This document shows, piece by piece, positions 18,238 through 28,236 of a stretch of DNA of 64,000 bases; the first letter of the stretch is position 1; each line of letters opens with the position of its first letter. The notes beneath the pieces were generated by a model, which ran no database searches, was not told the DNA's origin, and was given only the letters and a program-made list of their open reading frames with translations. The DNA lies in NCBI GenBank assembly GCA_963668355.1, contig OY764265.1, forward strand, positions 224,001 through 288,000, in the 5' to 3' direction. The DNA comes from Bdellovibrionota bacterium. GTDB lineage: Bacteria > Bdellovibrionota_G > JALEGL01 > DATDPG01. The position numbers and the translations under genes were made by a program.

Positions 18238-18349
18238 CCTTCTCCTCCGCGGGATCAAAAGTTTGGCGAGTGGTCGGGCTTATAGAAACAGTCTACTTAC
18301 CGTTGCGGGACAGCACCGGAGTTTCACCGGATTTCCCTCAATCCAAACT
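18238..18349 (-). promoter_or_regulatory. Cobalamin (B12) riboswitch 2, short form
   Basis: Minus strand reads AGTTTGG..GAGGGAAAT-CCGGTGAAACTCCGG-TGCTGTCCCGCAACGGTAA..AAGCCCGACCACTCG-CCAAACT, then CCCGCGGAGGAG. Confidence 0.92.
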
Positions 18350-18442
18350 ACAATATGTTCTTTTCTTTTCAGCAAACCCTACCGAAGTCAAGAAAGTCTT
18401 TGAAATCTCCAGACCTCATGGCTGTTCACAGGTAAAATGATC

Positions 18443-19261
18443 CTACTCGTTTTCGAGAAGCTGTTCCCAGCTTTCCAAACTTTCTCTTTCCTGAATAAGA
18501 AGCCTCCTGAAATCATTTTGAGTTTTCTCCGGAAGACTTGGAAAGTCCGGATCTGCCATTAAACGCCTAAGAAAGTCGATTCCCGCCTGAAAGGAATTCA
18601 CTTCGGAAAGAAGGCGACTTTTACGACTGGGCGTTTGAGAAATTTCTTTCCGATCCGCCTCGAAACAGTGTTGTACTTTTCCAAAGATTTCATGGGCAAG
18701 AAAAGTGGAGACGCGAGCAAAAGCATCCCCTCTTTCTCGACCCAATTCATCAAAAAACGTGGGTTCATAGAATAGAAAAAGAAAAATTCTAACCACCCCT
18801 GAAGAAGAATCAACGGCACAAATCGTGGCCGCAGTTGAGTTCGCCGGAACACCGATCCCATCGGAAGCTCCTTCTTGAACAAGGGAATTCAAAAAAGCAT
18901 CGCAGGAATCTCTTGCCACAATTAGTTGAAGAGACCTTCCAACGTGATCCCCAGGCACATCAAAAACCGTTCTTCGATTCAAAGGCGCGAATCTTTGAAC
19001 AACTCCCATGGCTCCATTCAAAATGTTCCCCAAAGAGTTTCTTGTTGATTCATCCAGGATCTCCTCCATTTCTTCCGAAAGATGGAAGGTCGACACATCG
19101 ATCTGTGAAGAAATGCGCACGTTCTTCACAGGCTCTCTTTGGCGAGGACGTGCGTCCGCTCGTGACATGGAATTCAGGTTCCAGAAAAGTGCAAAAGCAG
19201 CCAACACAAGCCATGTTCCTTTCCTGGTCATATACTTCTTCGTCTGCACTTCACATGCCAA
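18443..19261 (-). CDS. Hypothetical secreted protein with degenerate zincin-like motif
   Basis: Signal peptide (start possibly 19231); FLAHEIFGKVQH followed by SEVNSF. Confidence 0.65.
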   Translation of the reverse strand: MACEVQTKKYMTRKGTWLVLAAFALFWNLNSMSRADARPRQREPVKNVRISSQIDVSTFHLSEEMEEILDESTRNSLGNILNGAMGVVQRFAPLNRRTVFDVPGDHVGRSLQLIVARDSCDAFLNSLVQEGASDGIGVPANSTAATICAVDSSSGVVRIFLFLFYEPTFFDELGRERGDAFARVSTFLAHEIFGKVQHCFEADRKEISQTPSRKSRLLSEVNSFQAGIDFLRRLMADPDFPSLPEKTQNDFRRLLIQERESLESWEQLLENE

Positions 19262-19456
19262 ATGCAGCCAACCTAACTCCTTATTTTTGTTGTTTTTTTA
19301 CAAATTGCTGAAACGCACCCCATCGCCCTGCAGAAAAAAAGTCTCACTTTTCATTCGCTTCTATGCCCTTCAAACGTGAACTTTCTTTCCCTTATATCCA
19401 GTTTCAAAAAATGAGACACTATTATAGAGGTTGCCGCTGCACTTTTAAAAAGTTCT

Positions 19457-22400
19457 ATGTTCACATTAAAAAATTCAATTTCTCCTCCAAACATCTTCCT
19501 GTTTTTTTTGAGTTTGTTCCTGATTTCGGCCTGCTCGACAAGCGGTTCATCTGATCAAACGAAAATAAAAACCATCGGTCGGTTTGCAGCTTCCTACGAC
19601 GCGAAAACGAACGAGATTGCGTTTACGCCGATCTCACTTTCAGAAGAATCGTCGTCCTCCTCGATCCAGGCCCTTACGTACTATGAATCCACTGGGGCCC
19701 CTTATTGTGCGATTTGGGATAGTTCTCTGGGACTTTGCTTGGGCTTGGTCCATCCCCAAAGTTGCAATGTAAATTACAACAACACCACACACACGCTTTC
19801 CTTTTATGTCGGTCTCGAAAATCACTCAGAAAGTGGCGACCCCAATAAGACATTCAATGATGAGGAAAACTTCCCTCCCGACACAACTTTTCGGGGTCCA
19901 TTTGAATTTGCCTTAGTGGGATTGGAATGGGACACGGCTTCCTTTCCAAATCTCGTCAAAACGGTAAACACGAACTTATTGGGCGCAGCCTGTGGAGAGG
20001 GAGGATTATCTTCTGCGGATGACCGAAACGGAAATGGCTATTTTGATTGCATGTATCCAGACATAGAAGTGGAAATGGACACGGACACACTCCCAGGGTG
20101 GGAGTTGACCGATATCGTTCCGGAAGGCCCAGAAGGACCTGAGTTAGCACCCGGAGATTATACAGGTTGCGGAAACGTCAATAACAGTGTGTTCATGCAG
20201 TACACGCTTTCCTCAAACGAGGATTTCACCATCTATTTTGATGTCCGTGCGATCATGTACGAAGCTGGCGAAACGCCTGACACCCCCGAAGTATTGAGCC
20301 CAAACTCACCTTCCTACGCCAACACAGATACGATCACCGTTTCCGGAACCTGTGAAGATGGAGCCACTGTGTTTGTAGGCGGCTCGGATGATTCTTCCCC
20401 CCCTTCGGGGATATGCTCTGGAGGGACTTTTAGCATTTCAAATGTCACCCTTTTTCAGAACACCACGAATGCTTTGAGCGTCTACCAGGAAGTAAGTGGT
20501 CAACGAAGTGGATCGGTCGCTCTTTCCATAAAGCACGACAATATTCCTCCGACCATCACAGACGCCTACCCGAATATTGGCACGACTTCTTGGGCCTTCG
20601 GACGAAATGAAAACTGTCGCATGGAGTTCAGCGAAGCCATGGACGAATCAAGTTTTACTCCAGCCGATGAGACCGGTGGGAATTTCGGAATCTGGACGGG
20701 TGGAGGTTCCACGGGAGGAAGTCCGCTGGCCGGAGAAATGAGTTTTTCAACGGACAGCAAAGAAGTGTACTACGACCCCGACAATATTCTTTCCACAAAC
20801 TCATACTACCATTGCCGGGTATCCTCTCATGTAACAGATTTAGCAGGAAACGAGCTGGGCTTGAGCAATAATCAAAGATACGGTGCCATGTATGTTCGAG
20901 GTGGGTACGATGCTCACGGTCCAGTCATCCTGTCAGTCTTCCCTCCAGACAATAGTCAAAACGTCGCGACACAAACACCGATGCGCGTATCGTTTTCCGA
21001 ACCCATTGCCCCTTCCACCGTCGTTGGAAACGTCACCGGAACATCCTGCAGTTGGAACATTCCTACCATCGCCGCATTTAAAATGGATGATTGCACACTC
21101 ACGGGAAGTGGTTCCCCCATTGTGGGTGCCACGCATTTAACCGATGGAGGCACCGTAGCGGTATTTACGCCGGACAACGATTTACCCGCGAACTCCTGTG
21201 TTGGGTTTTACGTCAGTCGTTGTGTGGAGGACCTTAACGGAAACCAAATGCCCAATCTCGGGTGGGCGAACATTGGTCCTTACAGCAGCGGCGGAAATTA
21301 TACGATGATCAGTGTTTTTGAAACCGGAGACGGAAGCCAAGAAGATTTAAATTTGGTCCATGTGGGGCCGATGGCCTCCCCTGCTCCCGGTGCCACGGAT
21401 GTTCCAACCACGGTTTTCCCCACCATGGTTTTTGATCAACCCCTGAATCCGGACACGATTCTGGATAACTACTTTTTTGCGACCGAGTACGGAACCACGA
21501 CGCATATTCCTCTCTCTCTGGAGGTAGATCCTTCCCTGAGAATGGTTCGGTTCATGCCTGAAAATGAACTCTCAACCACCAAAACGTATGTGTTGACAGC
21601 TACCGGTTCAGTTGGTTCCTGGAGTGGGAGTCATATGCCCACGCCCCAAACCGCTCAGTTCTCCACGACAAAAGTAACCGACACAAAGGACCCCACGATG
21701 ATTGCTTCCTACCCGAGGAACAACGGAACGGGAATTTCTCGTTGCTCGGAAGTAGATCTGTACTTTAGCGAGCCTCTGCGAGAAGAAACCATCAATGGTT
21801 CCAATTTGTATTTCTACATGGACGTCAGTCCAAATTGGTTTGATTTTGATATGCGATTCTTTGGAGACGGTTCACACGTCAAGGTGCTCCCACGCCACAG
21901 CAGCGGCGGCTATAATTTCATTGGAATGTATTCGCAATACGCCGACGCTCCGGAAGATAGAGCCGGAAACCTTTGGTACGGAAACAATCAATGGGTCACC
22001 AATCCAACCTGGACAACCTCAAATGATCGAACCCGACCTTATGTCACATCCATCGTCCCAGAATCCGGAACGGCGTCACGAAACGCCTCTCAGGTCATCT
22101 TCTTTAGTGAGAAAATGGATCGTACAACCCTCGGTTCCTATAACTTTGGGCATTCAGGTTGTAACTTCCCATTGATCCATATTGCACCCAGCCAAGATTA
22201 TGTCGTCATCAATTGTCCCGGAAACTTAAGCAGTGGATCAAAAAGCTTGGCCGTCTATGGCGCGCGAGACTTTTCATCCACCAGCTCCTTGGTGAGCTGT
22301 GAACAAGGATCGGGAAACCAGGTCAGCTATTATTCTCGTTCCTTTAACGTGAGTTCCTTTCTCGACACGACTCCGCCCACCATCCTCGGAGCCTCCGTTT

Positions 22401-22708
22401 CAGAAGGCGACATCGGCATCTCTCCTTCAATCGATGTAAACATCACTTTCAGTGAGGCCATCAACCCCTTGAGCGTAACTCAGCACAGTGTTTACCTCAT
22501 GTCTCATGAAGGGTTTAGAGTCGGTTCTGAAATATCCTTTTCAAAAGATGCTCAAAAGGTCACCTTGGAACCCTATCAAAGTCTGAGTTCAGGCATTTAC
22601 TACCTCTTGGTCACTTCAGCCGTTCAGGATCTCAGTGGTAATAATTTCGAAGGAGACAATGGAATTCACCGGACCTGTTTCTCAACGACATCCACTCCGT
22701 GCCCGTAG
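19457..22708 (+). CDS. Large lipoprotein with tandem bacterial Ig-like (Big_5/SbsA-type) domains
   Basis: Lipobox LISAC; about 6 repeats of P-x-I/V...P...FSE-x-M/I/L-D/N...V-x-DL-x-GN. Confidence 0.85.
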   Translation: MFTLKNSISPPNIFLFFLSLFLISACSTSGSSDQTKIKTIGRFAASYDAKTNEIAFTPISLSEESSSSSIQALTYYESTGAPYCAIWDSSLGLCLGLVHPQSCNVNYNNTTHTLSFYVGLENHSESGDPNKTFNDEENFPPDTTFRGPFEFALVGLEWDTASFPNLVKTVNTNLLGAACGEGGLSSADDRNGNGYFDCMYPDIEVEMDTDTLPGWELTDIVPEGPEGPELAPGDYTGCGNVNNSVFMQYTLSSNEDFTIYFDVRAIMYEAGETPDTPEVLSPNSPSYANTDTITVSGTCEDGATVFVGGSDDSSPPSGICSGGTFSISNVTLFQNTTNALSVYQEVSGQRSGSVALSIKHDNIPPTITDAYPNIGTTSWAFGRNENCRMEFSEAMDESSFTPADETGGNFGIWTGGGSTGGSPLAGEMSFSTDSKEVYYDPDNILSTNSYYHCRVSSHVTDLAGNELGLSNNQRYGAMYVRGGYDAHGPVILSVFPPDNSQNVATQTPMRVSFSEPIAPSTVVGNVTGTSCSWNIPTIAAFKMDDCTLTGSGSPIVGATHLTDGGTVAVFTPDNDLPANSCVGFYVSRCVEDLNGNQMPNLGWANIGPYSSGGNYTMISVFETGDGSQEDLNLVHVGPMASPAPGATDVPTTVFPTMVFDQPLNPDTILDNYFFATEYGTTTHIPLSLEVDPSLRMVRFMPENELSTTKTYVLTATGSVGSWSGSHMPTPQTAQFSTTKVTDTKDPTMIASYPRNNGTGISRCSEVDLYFSEPLREETINGSNLYFYMDVSPNWFDFDMRFFGDGSHVKVLPRHSSGGYNFIGMYSQYADAPEDRAGNLWYGNNQWVTNPTWTTSNDRTRPYVTSIVPESGTASRNASQVIFFSEKMDRTTLGSYNFGHSGCNFPLIHIAPSQDYVVINCPGNLSSGSKSLAVYGARDFSSTSSLVSCEQGSGNQVSYYSRSFNVSSFLDTTPPTILGASVSEGDIGISPSIDVNITFSEAINPLSVTQHSVYLMSHEGFRVGSEISFSKDAQKVTLEPYQSLSSGIYYLLVTSAVQDLSGNNFEGDNGIHRTCFSTTSTPCP

Positions 22709-22756
22709 GGTCCTCAAAATATGTAACTCCTTTGTGAAGATGCTAGGATAGTTCCA

Positions 22757-24334
22757 ATGCAGCGATTGGCTTTCATTCTTTTCTTATCTTTTCTGGGCGT
22801 CTCCTGCTCCGACTCAAGGTCCGGGATCATTCTCTCAAGCTCGGATGAACCTCTGGCCAACGTTTCGGTTCAATTGGTTGAAATCGATGACTCCGGTGAA
22901 GAGCTTTCCGAAATCGAGAGAACAACCACCGACGAAAATGGTGAATTTGAACTGTCCACAGAAATCAATCAATCCAAATTCGTTTTGAAAGCCGTCGTGG
23001 AATCTACTCCTTTGATGGCATTCGCCGCAGGAACTGAAACCAACATTCCAATTGACCCTTTGACCGATGGGCTCGTGAGTTTAGTCATCGACATCACCAA
23101 AACCGAAGAAGGCCGAAGTCTCTCTGACTTTAGCGTATCGGAGCTTCGATCCATCGGAACTCAAATTGCCAATCTGGACACGGCTTCCTTGGACTCTACA
23201 AATTCAACCTCGGTTCTCGATTTCTTAAGAACTCAAGTCGGTCGGGAAATTGCCGAAGCCAGTGGTGGAACACTTACCGTGCTTCCCCAAGAAGATATAT
23301 CTGCTACGATCACACAAGAGACAGACACGTTCATTTCATCTCCAGGCTCTGAGTGCAGTGGACTTCCTTACTTTCCTTTGAGCCAGGATGGTGACTCCCT
23401 GGCTTTTAAAGTTCGCGAAGACGGATCCATTTGTCGAGAAATTACTCAGAATGACCTTGGGATTCTCTCAGGGACTTCTTTGAAGTTCTTTCTTCAAGAT
23501 GACCTGTTCGAATATGAAGGTTCCGATTTTTTTGTTCCAGATTTTGATGTCTCCACTTCTGAATTTACAGTCGAAAATGGTCGCCAAATCACACTGGGAC
23601 CCGTTGAACTTTCAAACAGTGACATCTCCCTCAAACGAAAATTGTATGCACCAGAGGGGAAAAACTACATAAGGTATGTCGACATCTTTGAGAACAACTC
23701 CAGCGAACCTTATGCCGTCAATTTTAATATCGACACCTACGCGGATATTACCGGAAGACTACTGGTTTCAGATGGAGATGAGGTGACCACGGATAGTCGA
23801 TATCTCACGATCAATGACACGCTCGTAAATGATTTGAGCATCAGCTTCATCTTCCAGGATGATTGGGGTCGATACGCCTTTCCCGTATCCGAAGTGAAAT
23901 CTCCCCCTCGAACGGGAGGCCAGCTAGCCTCTCAGATTCGATTTGCTTGGTCAGATTTAACCATCCCTCAAGGGGACTCTGCTTCCATCATGTACTTTGT
24001 GTACGTTCATGACACAGACACGGAAAACACCATCCAAAATGAGGTTGAAAGTCTCATTTCCAATCCAGACTTTGATTTGCTCACATTTTCTGAAATGCTC
24101 AGCATTCAAAATTTTTCACCAAGTTTGGGAACCTTACAAGCTGAGGCCGGGTTCGTCATTGGTCGGGCCAATGTAACGGCCAGCAAGTTGGATGAGAATG
24201 ACGAGGTGATCCAATCCGTCAACCTGATCGCCCGAGTTGACGGTTCATTTGATATTCCGCTGGAGATCTCAAGTGGAAATCAGGTTCAAATCACGGCCTC
24301 GGATGGCCTGGATGAACAACGAACGCTCGACTAA
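22757..24334 (+). CDS. Acidic hypothetical lipoprotein
   Basis: Lipobox LGVSC; PLANVSVQL..TTTDENGEF (carboxypeptidase-regulatory-like beta domain); strongly D/E/S-rich. Confidence 0.75.
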   Translation: MQRLAFILFLSFLGVSCSDSRSGIILSSSDEPLANVSVQLVEIDDSGEELSEIERTTTDENGEFELSTEINQSKFVLKAVVESTPLMAFAAGTETNIPIDPLTDGLVSLVIDITKTEEGRSLSDFSVSELRSIGTQIANLDTASLDSTNSTSVLDFLRTQVGREIAEASGGTLTVLPQEDISATITQETDTFISSPGSECSGLPYFPLSQDGDSLAFKVREDGSICREITQNDLGILSGTSLKFFLQDDLFEYEGSDFFVPDFDVSTSEFTVENGRQITLGPVELSNSDISLKRKLYAPEGKNYIRYVDIFENNSSEPYAVNFNIDTYADITGRLLVSDGDEVTTDSRYLTINDTLVNDLSISFIFQDDWGRYAFPVSEVKSPPRTGGQLASQIRFAWSDLTIPQGDSASIMYFVYVHDTDTENTIQNEVESLISNPDFDLLTFSEMLSIQNFSPSLGTLQAEAGFVIGRANVTASKLDENDEVIQSVNLIARVDGSFDIPLEISSGNQVQITASDGLDEQRTLD

Positions 24335-24503
24335 CACGAAACGTACCCCTTTATTGACCGTGTTCTTGAGAAGCTCTCGAACGTTTCCTTTTTTTCTCCC
24401 AAAACAGAAAAAAACTTTTTTCGCGCTGCTCCAACACAAAAGCTTCATCCCCCCCTTCCAAGATGAACGCCGCTGTACCATAATAGACAATCCAACAACC
24501 AAA

Positions 24504-25424
24504 ATGCATCAAGAAAAAATCCATCGCTGGCAACACACGCATTCGTTCGGAACCGAAATCCGCGCAGGAGGAGAGTCCAAAGTTCTTTGGGTCATCATCA
24601 TTACCTTACTGACGATGATCGTTGAAATTGCTGCTGGAAAATGGTTTGGCTCCATGGCTCTTCTTGCAGATGGTTGGCATATGGGCACTCACGCAGCCGC
24701 CCTGGGCGTCACCTTTTTTGCTTATTTCTATGCTCGACGCCATTCAAAAGATCCGAGATTCAGCTTCGGAACCGGAAAAGTGAATTCGCTGGGCGGCTTT
24801 GCCAGCTCCATAGGACTGGGCATTGTCGCCATATGGATCTTTTTTGAAAGTGCCCAGAGATTCTTCTCTCCAACCACCATTCGTTTTAATGAGTCCATCC
24901 TTGTGGCCATCCTTGGCCTCGTCGTTAATTTAGTTTGTGCTTGGGTGCTTTGGGAAAAACATGACCATCACGAAAATGAAATGCACGCTCATCCAGATCA
25001 CAACCTGCGAGGAGCTTATTTTCATGTATTGGCGGATGCATTAACGTCCCTCCTCGCCATTTTCGCCCTTACGTTGGGAAAATATGCCGGCTGGAACTTT
25101 TTGGACCCTGCAATGGGAATCGTTGGATCTCTGGTCATCATCAAATGGTCCCTGAACTTACTGCGAAACACCAGTTGGGTCTTGTTGGATGCAGAAATTG
25201 GGACTGAGCAAAAAGTCAACATCCAAAAAACACTCGAAGCAGACAGTGAAGATCGGGTTTCCGACTTGCACATTTGGAGAGTGGGTCCGAAGCACTTAGC
25301 TGCCATCATTTCCATCGTCAGCCACGAACCAAAAGAACCGACATACTATAAAAAACGGTTAGAAAACCATCGTGACCTGGTCCACATAACCGTAGAGGTC
25401 TCCCACTGTCCAGAAGTCCTCTGA
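24504..25424 (+). CDS. dmeF: CDF-family Co(II)/Ni(II) efflux transporter DmeF-like
   Basis: WQHTHSF, GSMALLADGWHMGTH, RFSFGTGK, DHNLRGAYFHVLADALTS, DLHIWRVG. Confidence 0.88.
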   Translation: MHQEKIHRWQHTHSFGTEIRAGGESKVLWVIIITLLTMIVEIAAGKWFGSMALLADGWHMGTHAAALGVTFFAYFYARRHSKDPRFSFGTGKVNSLGGFASSIGLGIVAIWIFFESAQRFFSPTTIRFNESILVAILGLVVNLVCAWVLWEKHDHHENEMHAHPDHNLRGAYFHVLADALTSLLAIFALTLGKYAGWNFLDPAMGIVGSLVIIKWSLNLLRNTSWVLLDAEIGTEQKVNIQKTLEADSEDRVSDLHIWRVGPKHLAAIISIVSHEPKEPTYYKKRLENHRDLVHITVEVSHCPEVL

Positions 25425-25436
25425 GTTCAAACAAAC

Positions 25437-25790
25437 TCAGCTTTCCACTTGATGTCCGGCCACTGTCGAAAGTCCAGATTTTTTCCAGTCGACTTTTCCA
25501 CCTTCGTAATCAAACACGTTTTCGTAACCCATTTGCTCCAATTTCTGAGCGGCTTGGGGAGATTTCGTACAGTCATTATTTGCGCAATACACGACAATTC
25601 GATCCTCTTTTTCGGGAACCTGCTCCTGAATGCGTTCTTCAAACATTGCATCCAAGGGAATGTTCACGGCTCCAGGCAGATGAGATTTTTCATATAGTTT
25701 TGGGGGCAAAACCTCTATCAAATGCAAATCTTCTGGCTGCTGCTCCAAAAGGTGTTTCAATTCACTTCTCGTAATGATCTCTGCCATCAT
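25437..25790 (-). CDS. Rhodanese-like domain protein
   Basis: SHLPGAVNIP, IVVYCANNDC, YEGGKVDW. Confidence 0.88.
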   Translation of the reverse strand: MMAEIITRSELKHLLEQQPEDLHLIEVLPPKLYEKSHLPGAVNIPLDAMFEERIQEQVPEKEDRIVVYCANNDCTKSPQAAQKLEQMGYENVFDYEGGKVDWKKSGLSTVAGHQVES

Positions 25791-25804
25791 TTCTTCCTTT
25801 CATT

Positions 25805-26053
25805 TCATACATTTCGAATCTGAGGGGCCTGCTGGCTTTCTCTATTCACAAATTTCTCAGCGGCTTCCTGACTGACACCGTGAAGCTCTCGATACTTTTG
25901 AATGGCTTCACCCTCTCGCCCTTGTTGAATCAATCGGTGTACTTCCTCAGGTCGGGGGCATCCGACATCTTTTGATCGATTTTTTCGCGTCAACACCCAT
26001 AAAACTCCTGCTATCAGAAACCCTACAAGCAAATACAAGATGGCATCACTCAT
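25805..26053 (-). CDS. Small membrane protein with L7/L12 C-terminal-like domain
   Basis: N-terminal TM plus EAIQKYRELHGVSQEAAEKFV. Confidence 0.6.
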   Translation of the reverse strand: MSDAILYLLVGFLIAGVLWVLTRKNRSKDVGCPRPEEVHRLIQQGREGEAIQKYRELHGVSQEAAEKFVNRESQQAPQIRNV

Positions 26054-26406
26054 GACGCCTCCCGAGACGCAAACAACGCATCCACTTTCGCCGCTAGCGA
26101 AAAGTCAGCCTCAGTAAGACCGTCAATCCGATGCGTCCAAATCAACACTTTGACTTCTTTATAACCAACGTGAAGAACGGGATGGTGGGATTCTTTCTCC
26201 GCGAGCTCTGCCAATTGATTGACAAAGTGGATCCCCGCCAAATACGTTTCAAACTCAAACGACTTTTCCAGGTGGTGCTCATCGTCCACCAACCAACCCC
26301 CTCCCAACTTCCGTCCGAGGTCGAACAAACGCGTACCCCTCAAAGGCTTGGGGGTCCCAATTTTCTTTGGCTTATCCTTCTTTGCCGATGTGGTTGAAGT
26401 ATCCAT
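26050..26406 (-). CDS. Pterin-4-alpha-carbinolamine dehydratase
   Basis: AEKESHHP, WTHRIDGLTEADFSLAAKVD. Confidence 0.9.
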   Translation of the reverse strand: MDTSTTSAKKDKPKKIGTPKPLRGTRLFDLGRKLGGGWLVDDEHHLEKSFEFETYLAGIHFVNQLAELAEKESHHPVLHVGYKEVKVLIWTHRIDGLTEADFSLAAKVDALFASREAS

Positions 26407-26493
26407 TTAAACTTCTCCTTTCGAAATAAGATTGTCCTCTTTTTAATATTCGTTCATTCGTCAAAAAGAGTTTCTCAGGGGTGTCGTTTTCCC

Positions 26494-27972
26494 CTATTTC
26501 ACCATCGAACCGGACGCCTTCTTACTTTCCGGTTGAATCACAACGTCAATGCGTCGATTCATTTTTCGCCCATCTTTCGTCTCGTTGGAGGCAATGGGTT
26601 TCTTAGATCCATATCCTACGGAGACAATCTGGTAGGGGTCTACGGTCTCATTGGCCACTAAATAGTCTCGGACTGCCATCGCTCGTTTTTTCGAGAGATG
26701 TTCATTTAAAGCATCAGACCCGGTGCTATCTGTGTGTCCTTCTACAATCACGTCAGGATCTCCAAAAAGACGAATGGCTTTCTGAACTTTCGTCAAGAGA
26801 GCGTAGTTCTCAGGACGTAAAACATATTTGCCGACCGGAAACTGAACCTTCTTCAAACGGATTAAAGCCTTATCTCCTTCCTTATAGACCTCAGCCTCAT
26901 TGGAACTGAAAAGGGAGCGTGCGGAGTCAAAAAGTTTGTTAAATCGCTTCTCAGCCGCTAAACGCCTTTGCTCATCCGTAAGGTTTTTGGTTTTCGATTC
27001 TAAGTTGACCAATCGCTCCTTCTGCTGTTTGTTTTCGGAAGCCAACGCAGCTCGGTCCTTTCGAAGCTCTTGAATCGACACCGCAATTTGCTTCTTTCGT
27101 TTAGAAAAGGGCTGGCTACCCATGTCTGGAGCCTGCAGGGCTTCCGAATATGAGCGAAGCATTTGATCTTCTGAAAGGGCTACTTGCTCCGGAGTTTCTT
27201 GTTTTACCCACGCAGCGTATCGCACCATATTGACAAGCCTTCGTGCCTGAAAAAGGGCATTACCTGCCTTTTCCTTGATCATGTTCTTTTGATATCTGGA
27301 TTGGGTAATGAACTGGTCGGCATCCTGAAGGGCTTGGCTCGCTTGTTTCCAGGTTTTTGGGGTCAACCTCTTTGCATTTTGGGTTTTGGCTTTTTCGATC
27401 AAGGTCTTCGCCGTTCCTATTGCGTTCTTCTTAATTGCCGCAAGTTCTAGATCTCGAAACTTCTTGGTTACCTGGCTCTCTTTCTCTTTCGCGGATCGGA
27501 GATGGTCATCCTCGATACTTCGAGTCATGTCCAAGAATGCTTTTTCGGTCTGTTTGTACTTTTCGGAAAATTCTGTAGCGCCTGCGGAGCGCGCATCACT
27601 CCTCGCCTCAATGGCTTTAGGAAGAGAGGTTCGTGCGACATTCGCCATCTCATTTGCTCGCTGGAGCTGCCCTCTCCCCTTGCCAAGGGTTTCCATCAGT
27701 GCGTCTAGAGATCTTCCCTTTTTGATCATGGTTTTGGCTTGAATCAATGACTCCTCGGCCTTCTCAAACCAACCTGGGGAAAGCACATGAACATCTTTAC
27801 TTTGAGCCTCAGCAACATCGGTCTCAAGCATCCGAACTTGGAGCATGGGATCGGAATTCGTAGAAATCTCCTTGGCTTCAACGGGTCGTTTTCCACTACA
27901 GCCAGACAAAAGACCCAAAGAAAAAATCATGGCCAAAAGTATGGGGGTGATCGTAAATAGTCTAAAATTCAT
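26494..27972 (-). CDS. OmpA-family peptidoglycan-binding lipoprotein with long helical N-region
   Basis: Lipobox LLSGC; C-terminal VEGHTDSTG..NEHLSKKRA..GYG..PIASN..NRRID. Confidence 0.88.
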   Translation of the reverse strand: MNFRLFTITPILLAMIFSLGLLSGCSGKRPVEAKEISTNSDPMLQVRMLETDVAEAQSKDVHVLSPGWFEKAEESLIQAKTMIKKGRSLDALMETLGKGRGQLQRANEMANVARTSLPKAIEARSDARSAGATEFSEKYKQTEKAFLDMTRSIEDDHLRSAKEKESQVTKKFRDLELAAIKKNAIGTAKTLIEKAKTQNAKRLTPKTWKQASQALQDADQFITQSRYQKNMIKEKAGNALFQARRLVNMVRYAAWVKQETPEQVALSEDQMLRSYSEALQAPDMGSQPFSKRKKQIAVSIQELRKDRAALASENKQQKERLVNLESKTKNLTDEQRRLAAEKRFNKLFDSARSLFSSNEAEVYKEGDKALIRLKKVQFPVGKYVLRPENYALLTKVQKAIRLFGDPDVIVEGHTDSTGSDALNEHLSKKRAMAVRDYLVANETVDPYQIVSVGYGSKKPIASNETKDGRKMNRRIDVVIQPESKKASGSMVK

Positions 27973-28143
27973 TTTTTTCTCTCTTTCATATTTTCCAAAA
28001 TTCATTTTTCAAACCTCGATTCGGTGTTCTTTTTCCTGGAAGTTTCGTTGTGAGCGTAGGAATTTCGGTTGCAATCGCTTAATCATGAACCGGAGTGTGC
28101 CACCCATTTTTTATAAAATAAATTGGATATTATTGAATATATT

Positions 28144-28163
28144 CATAGGTTTTTTACGATATA
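28144..28163. promoter_or_regulatory. Candidate LysR box 1 (CATAG-N8-CKATATA)
   Basis: CATAG GTTTTTTA CGATATA between divergent ompA-like and lysR genes; recurs at 29646 and 33280. Confidence 0.5.
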
Positions 28164-28236
28164 TAGGCAGCAAACCTCTTGTGTCTCAATCTATGTCCGT
28201 ATAAGAATATATAGAATTAATCAATCGGGAGACCTT

